DNA from: Blastocatellia bacterium
GTDB lineage: Bacteria; Acidobacteriota; Blastocatellia; UBA7656
NCBI GenBank assembly: GCA_035315885.1
Contig: DATFXM010000058.1
Span: 10,317 to 74,316, forward strand
Length of the DNA: 64,000 nucleotides
Direction: 5' to 3'
The notes under the pieces were generated by a model, which was not told the origin of the DNA, searched no databases, and saw only the letters and a program-made list of their open reading frames with translations. The translations under genes and the position numbers were made by a program. Of this stretch, positions 28,652-38,650 are shown piece after piece (the stretch's first letter is position 1; each line of letters opens with the position of its first letter).

Positions 28652-29494
28652 ATGAAGTGCGGTCTATTCGAATCACTTATAAGCGATTACTTCGAAGGTT
28701 CTTTGAATCGGCGGCAGTCGGCTTCGTTTCTCGCACACTCGCTTACTTGTCGAGCCTGCAGAGCGTTGATGGACGAGGTCAAGGCGGTCATTTCCGACTG
28801 CCGAACGTCCTCTGCTTCCGAAGCTCTGCCGGAAGGACTGACCCACAGCCTGTCCGCGATTCCCGTGCTGCACGCGCCGTTCGAATGCGAAGCCTTCGAG
28901 GAATTGATAACCGAGTTTCTTGACGGCTTCGTGCCGGCGGGTGTCTATCACAAGTTCGAAGAACATGCCGCAAGCTGCGAGGCATGCTCGTCGATTCTCA
29001 CCGAAGTTGTATATGCGGTGGCCGCCTGTCACGGAGTTCACATCTACGAGCATTTTGATCCATCTAAGGAACTGATGGATCGCCTGGAAGCGATCGCACC
29101 ACCGTCACGAACAAAAGCCAGAATCAGGTTTGCCGCCAGCGCCCGGGCGCTTGTGGCACGACTCACGCCGCTGTCCACGCCGGGTCCGATGCAGAGCCTC
29201 TCGATGGGTCTCGCGCTACTTGGGCTCACCGTGGCGTTTGTGCTGGTCGGCTTCTCCGACGACGGAACTCTGGGAGGTGTTTATCGACAGGCAAATGTCA
29301 AAGCGGACGAACTCTACAATCGGGGATCTCGTGCCTATTCGCAGGCCGACCGAATTGTAGCCGAGATCAAGGAAGCAAAGTCCGATCTGGGTCAGCTTTG
29401 GAACGCGATGGGAGGTGAAACCGACTCCGAGGTCCGCAAAGACCCTGCGCCAAAGCGCGACGAGCTGGACCGGACCGACGAGAGAAGCAAGTGA
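28652..29494 (+). CDS. Anti-sigma factor with two tandem zf-HC2-like modules and one TM helix
   Basis: C..F..LISDYFEGSL..H..C..C (aa 3-37) is repeated as CEAFEELITEFLDGFV..H..C..C (aa ~79-112). TM helix LSMGLALLGLTVAFVLVGF. Confidence 0.75.
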   Translation: MKCGLFESLISDYFEGSLNRRQSASFLAHSLTCRACRALMDEVKAVISDCRTSSASEALPEGLTHSLSAIPVLHAPFECEAFEELITEFLDGFVPAGVYHKFEEHAASCEACSSILTEVVYAVAACHGVHIYEHFDPSKELMDRLEAIAPPSRTKARIRFAASARALVARLTPLSTPGPMQSLSMGLALLGLTVAFVLVGFSDDGTLGGVYRQANVKADELYNRGSRAYSQADRIVAEIKEAKSDLGQLWNAMGGETDSEVRKDPAPKRDELDRTDERSK

Positions 29495-29580
29495 AGGTCG
29501 CGATCCTTTGAACCCGGGCCACGCTGCATCCGTTTAGTTATGTGTAAGGCGCGAAAAGGAGCTGTAACGATACGGCGAGT

Positions 29581-30282
29581 ATGTACTGTTCATATCACTC
29601 TTCTACCAGGGCAAAGATTCAGTGTTCGAGTTGCGGGCGCTGGTTGTGCGTAGCTTGCGATCACCGAATCAAGGGGTACGCATACTGCCAGGATTGCATC
29701 GTGCTGGGGGTTCAACAGCTCTCAGGCCATGGATATCGTTCAACCGGTTCCTCCAAAGCGCCGATGGCTGCTCTGCTTGGTCTGATACCGGGGCTGGGTG
29801 CGGTGTACAACCGTCAGAACCTTAAAGCGGTTGTACACTTCTGCGCGGTTGTCGGCACTTTTCAGTTGACGCATCTTCATGTGCTTTCGGGTGTATTCGC
29901 TCTGGCGGGTGTGGCTCTCTACATCTGCACGATCCTTGATGCGTACCGGACTGCTCAAGCAATAGCGTCCGGCGAGAGCCCGCGAGCTAACGAAGAAAAG
30001 TTCAAGCGCTCGGTAGTCAAAATAGCTCCATTGGTCGGACTCGTCCTTCTGATAACCGGCATCCTGGCGGTAGTTCAAATGATTCATCCTTTCCCGCTGA
30101 TCGCGATGGCCAGGCTCCTTCCAGTCGCGCTGATACTGCTGGGAGGCTTCCTCCTGACTCGCTACTTCAAGAGGTCGCGCGAGCAATACGACTCTGAAGG
30201 CGGTGCCCCTTACATACTGGCGCAACATTCGTTTGGCCAAAAGTCGGGATCTCGGGTGAAGCTCGCCGAGAAGCGGCGATGA
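29581..30282 (+). CDS. B-box-type zinc-ribbon membrane protein
   Basis: The N-terminus C..H....A...C..CGR.LC..C.........YC..C is followed by about 4 TM helices (GLIPGLGAVYNRQN). Confidence 0.7.
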   Translation: MYCSYHSSTRAKIQCSSCGRWLCVACDHRIKGYAYCQDCIVLGVQQLSGHGYRSTGSSKAPMAALLGLIPGLGAVYNRQNLKAVVHFCAVVGTFQLTHLHVLSGVFALAGVALYICTILDAYRTAQAIASGESPRANEEKFKRSVVKIAPLVGLVLLITGILAVVQMIHPFPLIAMARLLPVALILLGGFLLTRYFKRSREQYDSEGGAPYILAQHSFGQKSGSRVKLAEKRR

Positions 30283-30301
30283 GCGATGCGCCAAACCTGA
30301 G

Positions 30302-32023
30302 ATGAGCGCACGACGCAAAACTGGAAGAGGAACGCTGCTGCTCGGACTGCTGCTGGTGGCGGCGGGAACGCTCTTCTTTATAGCCCCGGGCTCGTCTGTC
30401 GCCGGCTGGGTGATGCGTCTATGGCCGGTCTTCCTGGTTTGCGCAGGCGTCGCGCGCATTATGGGTTTCGCGGTCGAGAGGAAACCCAAGTCTCCCATCG
30501 GCGGGATGCTCCTGATCTTCGTCGGCGTTTTGTTCCTGGCGAGCAGGTTTGATCACGGCCTCAATGCGCTGCAGATCTATGGGAGATACTGGATTCTGCT
30601 CCTCGTGGTGTTCGGAGTCGTGGAGATTACGCGCCACTATTCCCATCGGCAAACGTTCGGCCCTCCGCCGCGCCTGTTCAGCGTAGGACGCATCCTGGTA
30701 TTGCTGCTGATCGTCGGATCAGGTCTGGTGGCCGGAAGGATTTCGAGAAATCCATCGGTGCTTTCTGCTCTTCACCTCTCCGGGTTTTCGAGAGGCCTGA
30801 GGGACTCGGTCCTCGGCGAAAGCTACAGTTTTACGGACAGCGCCCCGCTGACGTCGCTGGCGTCCGGAAAGAAAATCGTTGTCGAAAACAACTACGGCAG
30901 TTTGCGCGTCAACGGTGTCAACGGGCCTTTTCGCGCGTCGCTTGCGAAAAAGGTGAGCTCGTGGAGCCCCGAAGACGCGCAGCAGACTGCTGACAAAATC
31001 AAACTTCTGATTCGCGAAACCGCAGAGCAAGTCTATATCAGCACAAACCGGGACGAGATCCAGGGGCAGTTCACCACGGATATTCAGTTGGATCTGCCAG
31101 CTTCATCCCCGCTGTCGATAAACAATTCCTACGGATCGGTTACCGTCAGCAACCTGGAATCCAACGTTTCACTGCAAGCAAGCTATGGCGATGCGCGGTT
31201 GGATCATCTCAGCGGCAACGTTACCGCGCAGCTCAACTCGGCGGACATCGCTGCGTCCAGGATTGGCGGCAACCTGGAAGCCACCGGATTCAAGCACGCC
31301 ACAGTGTCCGATGTAGACGGATCAATAAGATTGTTCGGCAAGAACGGAGCGGTCGATCTGCGACAGGTCGACGGCGCGGTTCACGTCGAGGCGCCTCTTT
31401 CGAGAATAGCAGCGCAGGATTTGGGCTCGCCCTCCGAGATTCGAACCGAGCACGGCTCGGTAGAAATAACGCGAAGTTCAGACTTAACGATCGACGCTCC
31501 GGACTCGGAGGTGAGGCTGTCTGAGATCGAGGGCGACGTGAAGGTGAGCTCATCGAGAAAAGACATCAGGGCATCGTCTGTTTCAGGCGACCTGCAAGTG
31601 GAAGCGGAGCAGGCATCGGTTTACGCGGATGACATAACCGGCGAATCGGTGATCCAGACGTCTCGCGGCGAAGTGAATCTCCGGGGTTTTCATCAGGGGG
31701 CTCGCATCACAACGAGCTACCGGACCGTCACGCTTGTGCCTGCGGGAATCCCTGCCGGGGACATCGACGTGAGCAACCAGCGCGGAGATATAAAGCTGAC
31801 GATTCCCGCGAACAGCCGGTTCACCGTGGACGCGCAGAGTCAAAGCGGACTTGTGAAATCGGTCGGCTTTGGAAGTATCAACGCAAGGGGCGACAGTCTC
31901 AATGCGGTCGTCGGTTTGGATGGGCCAACTATTAAGCTCAGAACTTCGTACAAGAATATAGTGATTCAGGCAGCAGGCGCGGGTCAGGTTGCAGCCACCG
32001 CTTTCGTCAATGAAAACCGTTGA
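30302..32023 (+). CDS. Membrane-anchored DUF4097-type beta-repeat protein (LiaF/LiaG-like putative adhesin)
   Basis: About 5 N-terminal TM helices. The C-terminal half has repeated SYGS/DV..SNL..NV / G.V.L motifs. Confidence 0.65.
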   Translation: MSARRKTGRGTLLLGLLLVAAGTLFFIAPGSSVAGWVMRLWPVFLVCAGVARIMGFAVERKPKSPIGGMLLIFVGVLFLASRFDHGLNALQIYGRYWILLLVVFGVVEITRHYSHRQTFGPPPRLFSVGRILVLLLIVGSGLVAGRISRNPSVLSALHLSGFSRGLRDSVLGESYSFTDSAPLTSLASGKKIVVENNYGSLRVNGVNGPFRASLAKKVSSWSPEDAQQTADKIKLLIRETAEQVYISTNRDEIQGQFTTDIQLDLPASSPLSINNSYGSVTVSNLESNVSLQASYGDARLDHLSGNVTAQLNSADIAASRIGGNLEATGFKHATVSDVDGSIRLFGKNGAVDLRQVDGAVHVEAPLSRIAAQDLGSPSEIRTEHGSVEITRSSDLTIDAPDSEVRLSEIEGDVKVSSSRKDIRASSVSGDLQVEAEQASVYADDITGESVIQTSRGEVNLRGFHQGARITTSYRTVTLVPAGIPAGDIDVSNQRGDIKLTIPANSRFTVDAQSQSGLVKSVGFGSINARGDSLNAVVGLDGPTIKLRTSYKNIVIQAAGAGQVAATAFVNENR

Positions 32024-32066
32024 GCGGCCGGCAACCGCCACCACTGAGTTTTGAAAGGAGTGTGTT

Positions 32067-32258
32067 ATGGGTTTTCTCAGGTTTGTGCTCGGCATCGTGG
32101 CCTTCATCATCGCAGTCAAGCTGCTGGCGATTCTGCTGGCAGTCATCGGCTTTGCATTGAAGATTGTGTGGCTGGCGGTGGTGGTTGGGATCATTGTGCT
32201 AGTTGCGTGGGGCATCTATAAGCTGTTGACCCCGGATAGAGCTTCCGAGCAAGTCTGA
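32067..32258 (+). CDS. Small two-helix membrane protein
   Basis: 63 aa, almost entirely hydrophobic. AAGGAG lies 8 nt upstream of ATG 32067. Confidence 0.6.
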   Translation: MGFLRFVLGIVAFIIAVKLLAILLAVIGFALKIVWLAVVVGIIVLVAWGIYKLLTPDRASEQV

Positions 32259-32668
32259 TCCTGACGTCGGTTCGCGCTGGTCTCGACGCGGAGCCCGTGG
32301 CATCCAAGGCACGAGGCGTTTTCCCTGGGCCCCTCTCCTCCTGGCGTCTCCTTAGCCTTGGAGGCCCGGACTCCGCGTCAAAAAAACTTGCGAGCCCTGA
32401 CCTCCCCACTCCGGCCGTCTTGGCCGCGCCTTTGGCAACCATCGTAGAGCGCTTCAACTCTGATGTATTGCAAATTTCATAAATCTGTCTTCTAGCTGTA
32501 TGGAAGTATTGCCCCGTCACAGTTCGTTGTGATAGCCTCCCGCTTCGGTTTGGGCAGTAGCATCCCCTCACGGGCACAGTATAAGCATTACAAACAGTGA
32601 GCTTATCCGAAGTGTTGCCGTCTAAAATCGGGAACTGGGCCGAGTTTTCCGGTCCCAGGAGATGCTAG

Positions 32669-33526
32669 ATGAAAAAAAATGAGAAGGTGTTCACCTTTCT
32701 GGTAGCGCCAGGTTCGACGTCGAGAATCAAGCAATTCAGCATTCCTAAAAGAGCAGTGTATGGCGGCCTACTCCTCCTGATCGTTTTCTTTGCGGCTGGA
32801 TTCTATGCAGTAACGCGTGTGGCACAAACTGAGGCACTCAATCTCAGATACGCCGCCATCAAAGCCGAAAACGCCAAGCTAAAACAATCCAACGACGCCT
32901 ATGAGACTTCTTACGCCCGTCTTAAAGGACAAATCAGCTACGTCGAGGATATGTCGAAAGAGCTGTCTCGGCAGGCGAAGATGGAGCACCGGTCCGACAT
33001 CGACCAGCAGGTCGGAATGGGCGGTCCCGAGACGGTTGCTGCGTTAGACAGAGCCGCAAACCACCTCGAACGCGAAGTACGTCAACTGAATGACAAGTAC
33101 CGCTCGGACTTGTTGAGGCTTTCTTCGGTGCCGGGAACGCTGCCGGTCAAAGGCTACATCACCGACGGCTTTGGTCTGAGACGAAACCCGTTTAACGGAG
33201 AAGGTCGTGAGACTCATGAAGGAGTGGATATCGCAGTCGAATTTGGCACCCCGGTTCAGGCGACCGCGGATGGCTTTGTGATTCACGCGGGGCCCTACTC
33301 CGGTTACGGCAATCTTGTAGTCGTCTATCACACCAACGGAATCACCACCAGGTACGGTCATCTATCTCGAATCACCGTGGAAGCGGGACAGAGAGTCAAG
33401 CGAGGCGATCAGGTTGGACACGCCGGCAGTACCGGAAGGTCTACTGGTCCGCACGTTCACTACGAAATAAGAGAGAACGACCAGCCGGTCGATCCGATGA
33501 AATATGTCGGCCAGGCCCAGCCCTGA
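32669..33526 (+). CDS. M23-family metallopeptidase with coiled-coil N-terminal region
   Basis: TM/signal anchor. HEGVDIA, GYGNLVVV.H, GSTGRSTGPHVHYEI. Confidence 0.9.
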   Translation: MKKNEKVFTFLVAPGSTSRIKQFSIPKRAVYGGLLLLIVFFAAGFYAVTRVAQTEALNLRYAAIKAENAKLKQSNDAYETSYARLKGQISYVEDMSKELSRQAKMEHRSDIDQQVGMGGPETVAALDRAANHLEREVRQLNDKYRSDLLRLSSVPGTLPVKGYITDGFGLRRNPFNGEGRETHEGVDIAVEFGTPVQATADGFVIHAGPYSGYGNLVVVYHTNGITTRYGHLSRITVEAGQRVKRGDQVGHAGSTGRSTGPHVHYEIRENDQPVDPMKYVGQAQP

Positions 33527-33535
33527 ATTCCAGCT

Positions 33536-33886
33536 TCAGTTAAAGATATCCAGCAGGTCATCTACGACGTCAACTAGAGGCGAGCTCGGCGGAGTTTCGA
33601 CCGTTGAGCCCCCTCCTGCGCGAGGAACGGATTCAGGGTGATGAGGGTTGCTGACCTCGGTTACTCGGTGAAGATCCTGCTCGCGGGCTTTTATGAAATC
33701 CTCAGGGAGTCTGCGGCCGCAGTAGTTACAGGCAGGGCTTGCAAGCGCTAACAGCCTTCGATGGCAGTAAGGACAATCCCGAAAGTCCTGATCGGCGCTG
33801 CTGTCCGGATCGAACGGCGCGCCGCAGTTGGGACACTTGGTGTCGCCCTCGGCGATTGGACTTTTGCAGTAGGAACACGCCGGCAT
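33536..33886 (-). CDS. Zinc-ribbon domain protein
   Basis: 116 aa. CSYC..(n)..CPNC and CPYC..(n)..CNYC pairs. Confidence 0.55.
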   Translation of the reverse strand: MPACSYCKSPIAEGDTKCPNCGAPFDPDSSADQDFRDCPYCHRRLLALASPACNYCGRRLPEDFIKAREQDLHRVTEVSNPHHPESVPRAGGGSTVETPPSSPLVDVVDDLLDIFN

Positions 33887-34205
33887 TGATCTTAGCGCTT
33901 AGTGAGAATCTGATTTTTTTGGCGGCGGCAGCGTGAAGCTGGGAGGGGCAAACAGCGCAAAAATATCTTAGTCCCCACGCTGGCACAACAGTTTTCTGGA
34001 TTCGGGTTGATTTTGACTTATTGAGTTGGCGCTGTCCCCGCAATACCCAATTATGTGAGTCGGTTTCCCGCCAAGACCGCATCAAAGGTTCCGGAGCTTT
34101 GTGCTCTTTGCGTGAAACCCGACTTACCTATTCGCACATAGCGGGTCAGCACCAACTCATTCAGCAACGCGCAACCAAACTGAGACACCGCCGTCACCCC
34201 GTTGC

Positions 34206-34233
34206 TTGACACTGAATTTCTACGGACTATAAG
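34206..34233 (+). promoter_or_regulatory. Putative sigma-70-type promoter of the nuo operon
   Basis: TTGACA (34206-34211), a 16-nt spacer, then TATAAG (34228-34233), about 65 nt upstream of the nuoA ATG. Confidence 0.35.
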
Positions 34234-34298
34234 ATGCCTAGTCTTTGCTGTTGATTAAAAGCGCGACCTTGCCTTGCTTTTTCTGTCGCGGCCGAGAT

Positions 34299-34682
34299 AT
34301 GAGCAACTACCTTCCAGTTCTTCTCGTGTTCGTAATATCGATCCTGGTGGCCGGTGCGATCCTGATCCTTTCGAGGTTTGTGGGCAAGGGCCGTCCAAAT
34401 CCCGACAAGCTGGCGCCCTATGAATGCGGGGTCGAGCCGGTGGGCAACGCCCGAGAGCGACAGTCGGTGAAATTCTACATGGTGGCAATGGTGTTTCTGT
34501 TGTTCGACATTGAAGCCGTGTTTCTTCTGCCCTGGGCGGTGGTGTTCCGAGGCGTTCTGAAATCGGATGTTTATAGCCCGCTTAAATACATCTTCTACGG
34601 CGAAATGATGGTATTCGTCGTGGTGCTGTTTGTAGGCCTGATCTACGTCTGGCGCAAAGGCATACTAGAGTGGAATCGATGA
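34299..34682 (+). CDS. nuoA: NADH-quinone oxidoreductase subunit A
   Basis: PYECG..P.G.A...FSVKFY-type motif (APYECGVEPVGNARERQSVKFYMVAMVFLLFDIE). The start was moved to ATG 34299. Confidence 0.9.
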   Translation: MSNYLPVLLVFVISILVAGAILILSRFVGKGRPNPDKLAPYECGVEPVGNARERQSVKFYMVAMVFLLFDIEAVFLLPWAVVFRGVLKSDVYSPLKYIFYGEMMVFVVVLFVGLIYVWRKGILEWNR

Positions 34683-34741
34683 GTCTCGCTTCCTGATCTC
34701 AAGACCACAACCAATTCTTACGACAGCTCCGCTGACAGGTT

Positions 34742-35758
34742 ATGACAGCCCTGCTCCTCGAGTGGACCATCAAAATAGCCGTTCTTCTCGGCGTGTTGAT
34801 GACAGCCGTGGCCTACCTCACGCTGCTTGAGCGTAAGTTCATGAGCTGGATTCAACTGCGCGTTGGTCCCGACCGCGTAGGTTACTGGGGTCTGCTTCAG
34901 CCGGTCGCCGACGGAATCAAGATGATCTTCAAGGAAGACATCATTCCGCTGGAAGCAAACCGCGCAGTCTATCTCGCCGCACCGGCAATCGCGCTTATCG
35001 CGGCGCTCATGTCGATGATCGTGATCCCGTACGGCAGCCAGGTGAACGTCTTCGGGCGTGTGATCGATCTCCACGTGACCCGGATGAATGTCGGAGTTCT
35101 CTACGTTCTCGCGCTGACCTCGCTGGGCGTGTACGGTTTCGTGCTCGCCGGGTGGGCATCCAACAACAAGTACTCATTGCTGGGCGGTCTCCGATCAAGC
35201 GCCCAGATGATCAGCTACGAGCTTGCGTTCGGGCTGTCGATGGTTTCGGTGCTGCTGTACACCGGCACGCTGGATCTGGCGTCAATCGCCGAAGGTCAGA
35301 GCGGGTGGTACGGGCTCAAGTGGAATATAGTCCAGTTCCCTCTGATGTTCGTGTTTGTGGTCTTCTACATAGCGGCGCTTGCCGAAACAAATAGAACTCC
35401 GTTCGACCTGCCGGAGGCCGACTCAGAACTCGTTGCCGGATATCATACCGAGTACTCGTCGATGAAATTCGTGATGTTCCAGGTCGCCGAGTATCTGAAT
35501 TTGATCACTTCGTCGTCGATCGCCACGACTCTGTTTCTAGGCGGCTGGAACGGGCCGTTCGTAGATCGATTCCCTCTGCTCGGACTTGTATATTTCGGAG
35601 TGAAGGTGCTCGCGTTGATTTTGCTTGCGATGTGGATTCGCTACACGGTACCGCGGTTTCGATACGATCAACTGATGCGGTTTGGGTGGAAGGTGCTGCT
35701 GCCGATTGCGATCATCAACATAGTCATCACCGCGACCATCCTGTTGTTGAGGTCATAG
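34742..35758 (+). CDS. nuoH: NADH-quinone oxidoreductase subunit H
   Basis: LLERKFMSWIQLRVGPDRVG, AETNRTPFDLPEADSELVAGYHTEYS. Confidence 0.95.
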   Translation: MTALLLEWTIKIAVLLGVLMTAVAYLTLLERKFMSWIQLRVGPDRVGYWGLLQPVADGIKMIFKEDIIPLEANRAVYLAAPAIALIAALMSMIVIPYGSQVNVFGRVIDLHVTRMNVGVLYVLALTSLGVYGFVLAGWASNNKYSLLGGLRSSAQMISYELAFGLSMVSVLLYTGTLDLASIAEGQSGWYGLKWNIVQFPLMFVFVVFYIAALAETNRTPFDLPEADSELVAGYHTEYSSMKFVMFQVAEYLNLITSSSIATTLFLGGWNGPFVDRFPLLGLVYFGVKVLALILLAMWIRYTVPRFRYDQLMRFGWKVLLPIAIINIVITATILLLRS

Positions 35759-35762
35759 AGCG

Positions 35763-36281
35763 ATGCGTGGAGAGACAATCCTCTTTGTTGTTTTCGCGGT
35801 GCTCGCGCTTGTGACGGCATTGAACGTGCTGGTGCAGCGCAATCCGCTCTACAGTGCACTGTCGCTGATTGGAACGCTCGCATCATTGTCCGCTGTTTAC
35901 ATGACACTGCGAGCGCAGTTCATTGCGGCTGTGCAAATCGTAGTCTACGCCGGCGCGATCATGGTTCTGTTCGTGTTTGTGATCATGCTGCTGAACGTCC
36001 CCAAGGATCAGCCGCAGGTCGAGAAGCAGAAAGGCTTGAGGTACCTTGCGATCCCCTTCGCGGGTTTGTTGATTGCCGAGACTTTTACGGTGCTGCAACG
36101 GCTGCCCGCGAGGTCGATGCCGCCGCTGCCGGCCTCGGGTGGGGATCAAGCCGTAGGCACTACGTGGAGCATCGGTACCGCGTTGTTTACCGACTACCTG
36201 TTGCCATTTGAAGTTACATCGGTGCTGATTCTGATGGCGGTGGTGGGCGCAATGGTGCTTGCCCGGCGGGAGAACGATTAA
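35763..36281 (+). CDS. nuoJ: NADH-quinone oxidoreductase subunit J
   Basis: [31 protein letters not shown]. Confidence 0.9.
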   Translation: MRGETILFVVFAVLALVTALNVLVQRNPLYSALSLIGTLASLSAVYMTLRAQFIAAVQIVVYAGAIMVLFVFVIMLLNVPKDQPQVEKQKGLRYLAIPFAGLLIAETFTVLQRLPARSMPPLPASGGDQAVGTTWSIGTALFTDYLLPFEVTSVLILMAVVGAMVLARREND

Positions 36282-36285
36282 TTTT

Positions 36286-36588
36286 ATGGCTCCTCTCACC
36301 TGGTATTTGGGACTCTCGGCCCTATTGTTCACCATCGGGGCAGTCGGTGTATTCATCAAGCGCAACGCGATCACCATCTTCCTGTGCATAGAGCTGATGC
36401 TCAACGCGGTAAACCTGGCGCTCGTCTCATTGTCTTCGTTCTTTGGCGATATCGGCGGCCAATTGTTTGTCTTCATCGTTATGACAGTAGCGGCGGCCGA
36501 GGCCGCGGTGGGGCTGGCAATCATAATCTCGATCTACAGGAATCGCGAATCGCTCAACGTAGACGAAGTGGACAACCTCAAGTTGTAG
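36286..36588 (+). CDS. nuoK: NADH-quinone oxidoreductase subunit K
   Basis: 100 aa. [24 protein letters not shown]. The start was moved to ATG 36286. Confidence 0.9.
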   Translation: MAPLTWYLGLSALLFTIGAVGVFIKRNAITIFLCIELMLNAVNLALVSLSSFFGDIGGQLFVFIVMTVAAAEAAVGLAIIISIYRNRESLNVDEVDNLKL

Positions 36589-36607
36589 ACTGGGAAGGAA
36601 CCTCGAA

Positions 36608-38632
36608 TTGTTTGAATATCCGTTAGCCATCGTGGTCTTTTCGCCGCTGCTTGGCGCGGCGGTGCTTGGACTTTTTGGCAAGCGAATGAGTGAGAAGCTC
36701 ATCGGATCCATCGCCTGTCTGACGGTGGCGGTCTCGACAGTTTTCGCCTTCTACGCCTTCTTCGAACATCGGGCCGGGTTGGAAGCCGGCCAAAAATTTC
36801 ACGAGTACCTTTTCACCTGGATCAGCGTGGGCAGCTTTCGTGCGGATTTTGCGTTCGTACTCGATTCGTTATCTGGAATCTACATCTTGTTTGTCACGTT
36901 CGTCGCGTTTTGGATTCACGTTTTTGCTACCGGGTACATGCGAGGCGAAGATGGCTACTGGCGGTTCTTCGCTTACCTGAACCTGTTCATGTTCTCGATG
37001 CTGACGCTGGTGGTCGCGGACAATTTCCTTCTGATGTTCGTAGGCTGGGAAGGCGTCGGTCTCTGCTCGTATCTGCTGATCGGGTATTACTTCACAAAGG
37101 ACTTTGCAAACGACGCCGCCAAGAAAGCGTTCATCATGAATCGCGTTGGCGACTTCGGATTCCTGCTTGGAGTGATGCTCCTGTTCTGGAAGGCGGGCTC
37201 GATCTTTTACTTTGACGATCCGGCCAGAGGAATTCACGGCGCCTTCAACTGGGCGATGGCGCAGGTCGGCGATCCCCTCTCTTTCGCGTCGATCTTTGCG
37301 GGAGGAATCTCGACAATCGCAGTCCTGTTGTTCGTCGGCGCAACCGGGAAGAGCGCGCAGATTCCGCTCTTTGTCTGGCTGCCGGACGCGATGGCCGGAC
37401 CGACGCCGGTCAGCGCGCTGATACACGCGGCGACCATGGTGACTGCCGGAGTCTACATGGTCTCGCGCGCAAGCTCGATCTATGTTAAAGCGCCGGCAGC
37501 GATGTTGATCGTGGCGATCATCGGTGCCGGCACCGCACTGTTCGCAGCAACGATAGGCATCGCGCAGTGGGACATAAAGAAGGTTCTGGCTTATTCCACG
37601 ATTTCGCAGCTCGGTTACATGTTCCTTGCTTGCGGAGTCGGAGCATTTACCGCGGGCATCTTTCACGTTTTCACTCACGCCTTTTTCAAAGCGCTTCTGT
37701 TTCTCGGGTCTGGTTCGGTGATCGTAGGCATGCATCATGAGCAGGACATGCACCGGATGGGAGGGCTGAAGAAGTACATGCCGATTACCTACCGCACGAT
37801 GTTGGTGGGGATGCTTGCGATATCGGGATTCCCACTGTTTTCGGGCTTCTTCAGCAAGGACGCGATTCTCTACAACACCTTTGCAACCGGAATCCTCCCG
37901 GCCCCGTGGCCTCTACTTCTCTGGGCTGTCGGACTGCTGACTGCGCTTTTGACCGCGATCTACATGACTCGTCTTATCGTGCTGACATTCTTTGGCGATG
38001 AGCGCTTCGCCGAGCATTCGCACGACGCACACGATCACGGTGGAGGCAAGCCGCATGAGTCACCCCCTTCCATGGTTGTCCCGCTGGTGGTTCTTGCGGT
38101 GGGCGCCGCTCTCGTCGGATTCCTGGGGGTGCCCGACGCGTTTTGGAAAGGGGCAAACCTGAACTATTTTGAACGCCTTGTCGCGCCGTCGATCTCCACC
38201 GCTCGAGAATCGTTCGTGCTGACCGATACTATCCATGCAAGTGCAGGTGCAGCCGAGCATAGTTCGGAAGCAGGTGAAGAGATCGCCCTCGCAGTCGTGT
38301 CCTCGGTGGTTGCGATCGCGGGCCTCGCGCTCGGCTGGTTCTGGTTCAATCGCAAGCCGCTCTGGCAACCGCCTCGCCTCCTCGAGAACAAATACTATGT
38401 CGACGAAGTCTACGACGAAACAGTCATTCAGCCGGTTAAGCAGGGGTCGACCCGCCTGCTCTGGAAGACGATAGATGTCGGACTGATCGATGGCGCGGTA
38501 AACGGAGCCGCGGCGCTCGCAAGCAGACTCGGTGGAGGAATGAGATACATCCAATCGGGCCTCGCAAGAAGTTACGTGGCGCTGGTAGTCCTTGGAGCTC
38601 TCGTGCTGATCGCGTACTTCGTAATCAAGTGA
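36608..38632 (+). CDS. nuoL: NADH-quinone oxidoreductase subunit L
   Basis: 674 aa. FVGWEGVGLCSYLLIGY, GKSAQIPLFVWLPDAMAGPTPVSALIHAATMVTAGVY. Confidence 0.95.
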   Translation: MFEYPLAIVVFSPLLGAAVLGLFGKRMSEKLIGSIACLTVAVSTVFAFYAFFEHRAGLEAGQKFHEYLFTWISVGSFRADFAFVLDSLSGIYILFVTFVAFWIHVFATGYMRGEDGYWRFFAYLNLFMFSMLTLVVADNFLLMFVGWEGVGLCSYLLIGYYFTKDFANDAAKKAFIMNRVGDFGFLLGVMLLFWKAGSIFYFDDPARGIHGAFNWAMAQVGDPLSFASIFAGGISTIAVLLFVGATGKSAQIPLFVWLPDAMAGPTPVSALIHAATMVTAGVYMVSRASSIYVKAPAAMLIVAIIGAGTALFAATIGIAQWDIKKVLAYSTISQLGYMFLACGVGAFTAGIFHVFTHAFFKALLFLGSGSVIVGMHHEQDMHRMGGLKKYMPITYRTMLVGMLAISGFPLFSGFFSKDAILYNTFATGILPAPWPLLLWAVGLLTALLTAIYMTRLIVLTFFGDERFAEHSHDAHDHGGGKPHESPPSMVVPLVVLAVGAALVGFLGVPDAFWKGANLNYFERLVAPSISTARESFVLTDTIHASAGAAEHSSEAGEEIALAVVSSVVAIAGLALGWFWFNRKPLWQPPRLLENKYYVDEVYDETVIQPVKQGSTRLLWKTIDVGLIDGAVNGAAALASRLGGGMRYIQSGLARSYVALVVLGALVLIAYFVIK

Positions 38633-38650
38633 AGTGACCAGAACTCACGA

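Noticed and set aside
32360-32385. The minus-strand GGAGUCCGGGCCUCC resembled the GGAAAGUCCGGGCUCC core of RNase P RNA
   Set aside because: Only this short stretch is similar. The other conserved RNase P blocks and the expected helices are not found around it.
36869-37753. 294-aa minus-strand ORF
   Set aside because: It is antisense to nuoL, has an Arg/Asp/His-rich composition, and contains no motifs.
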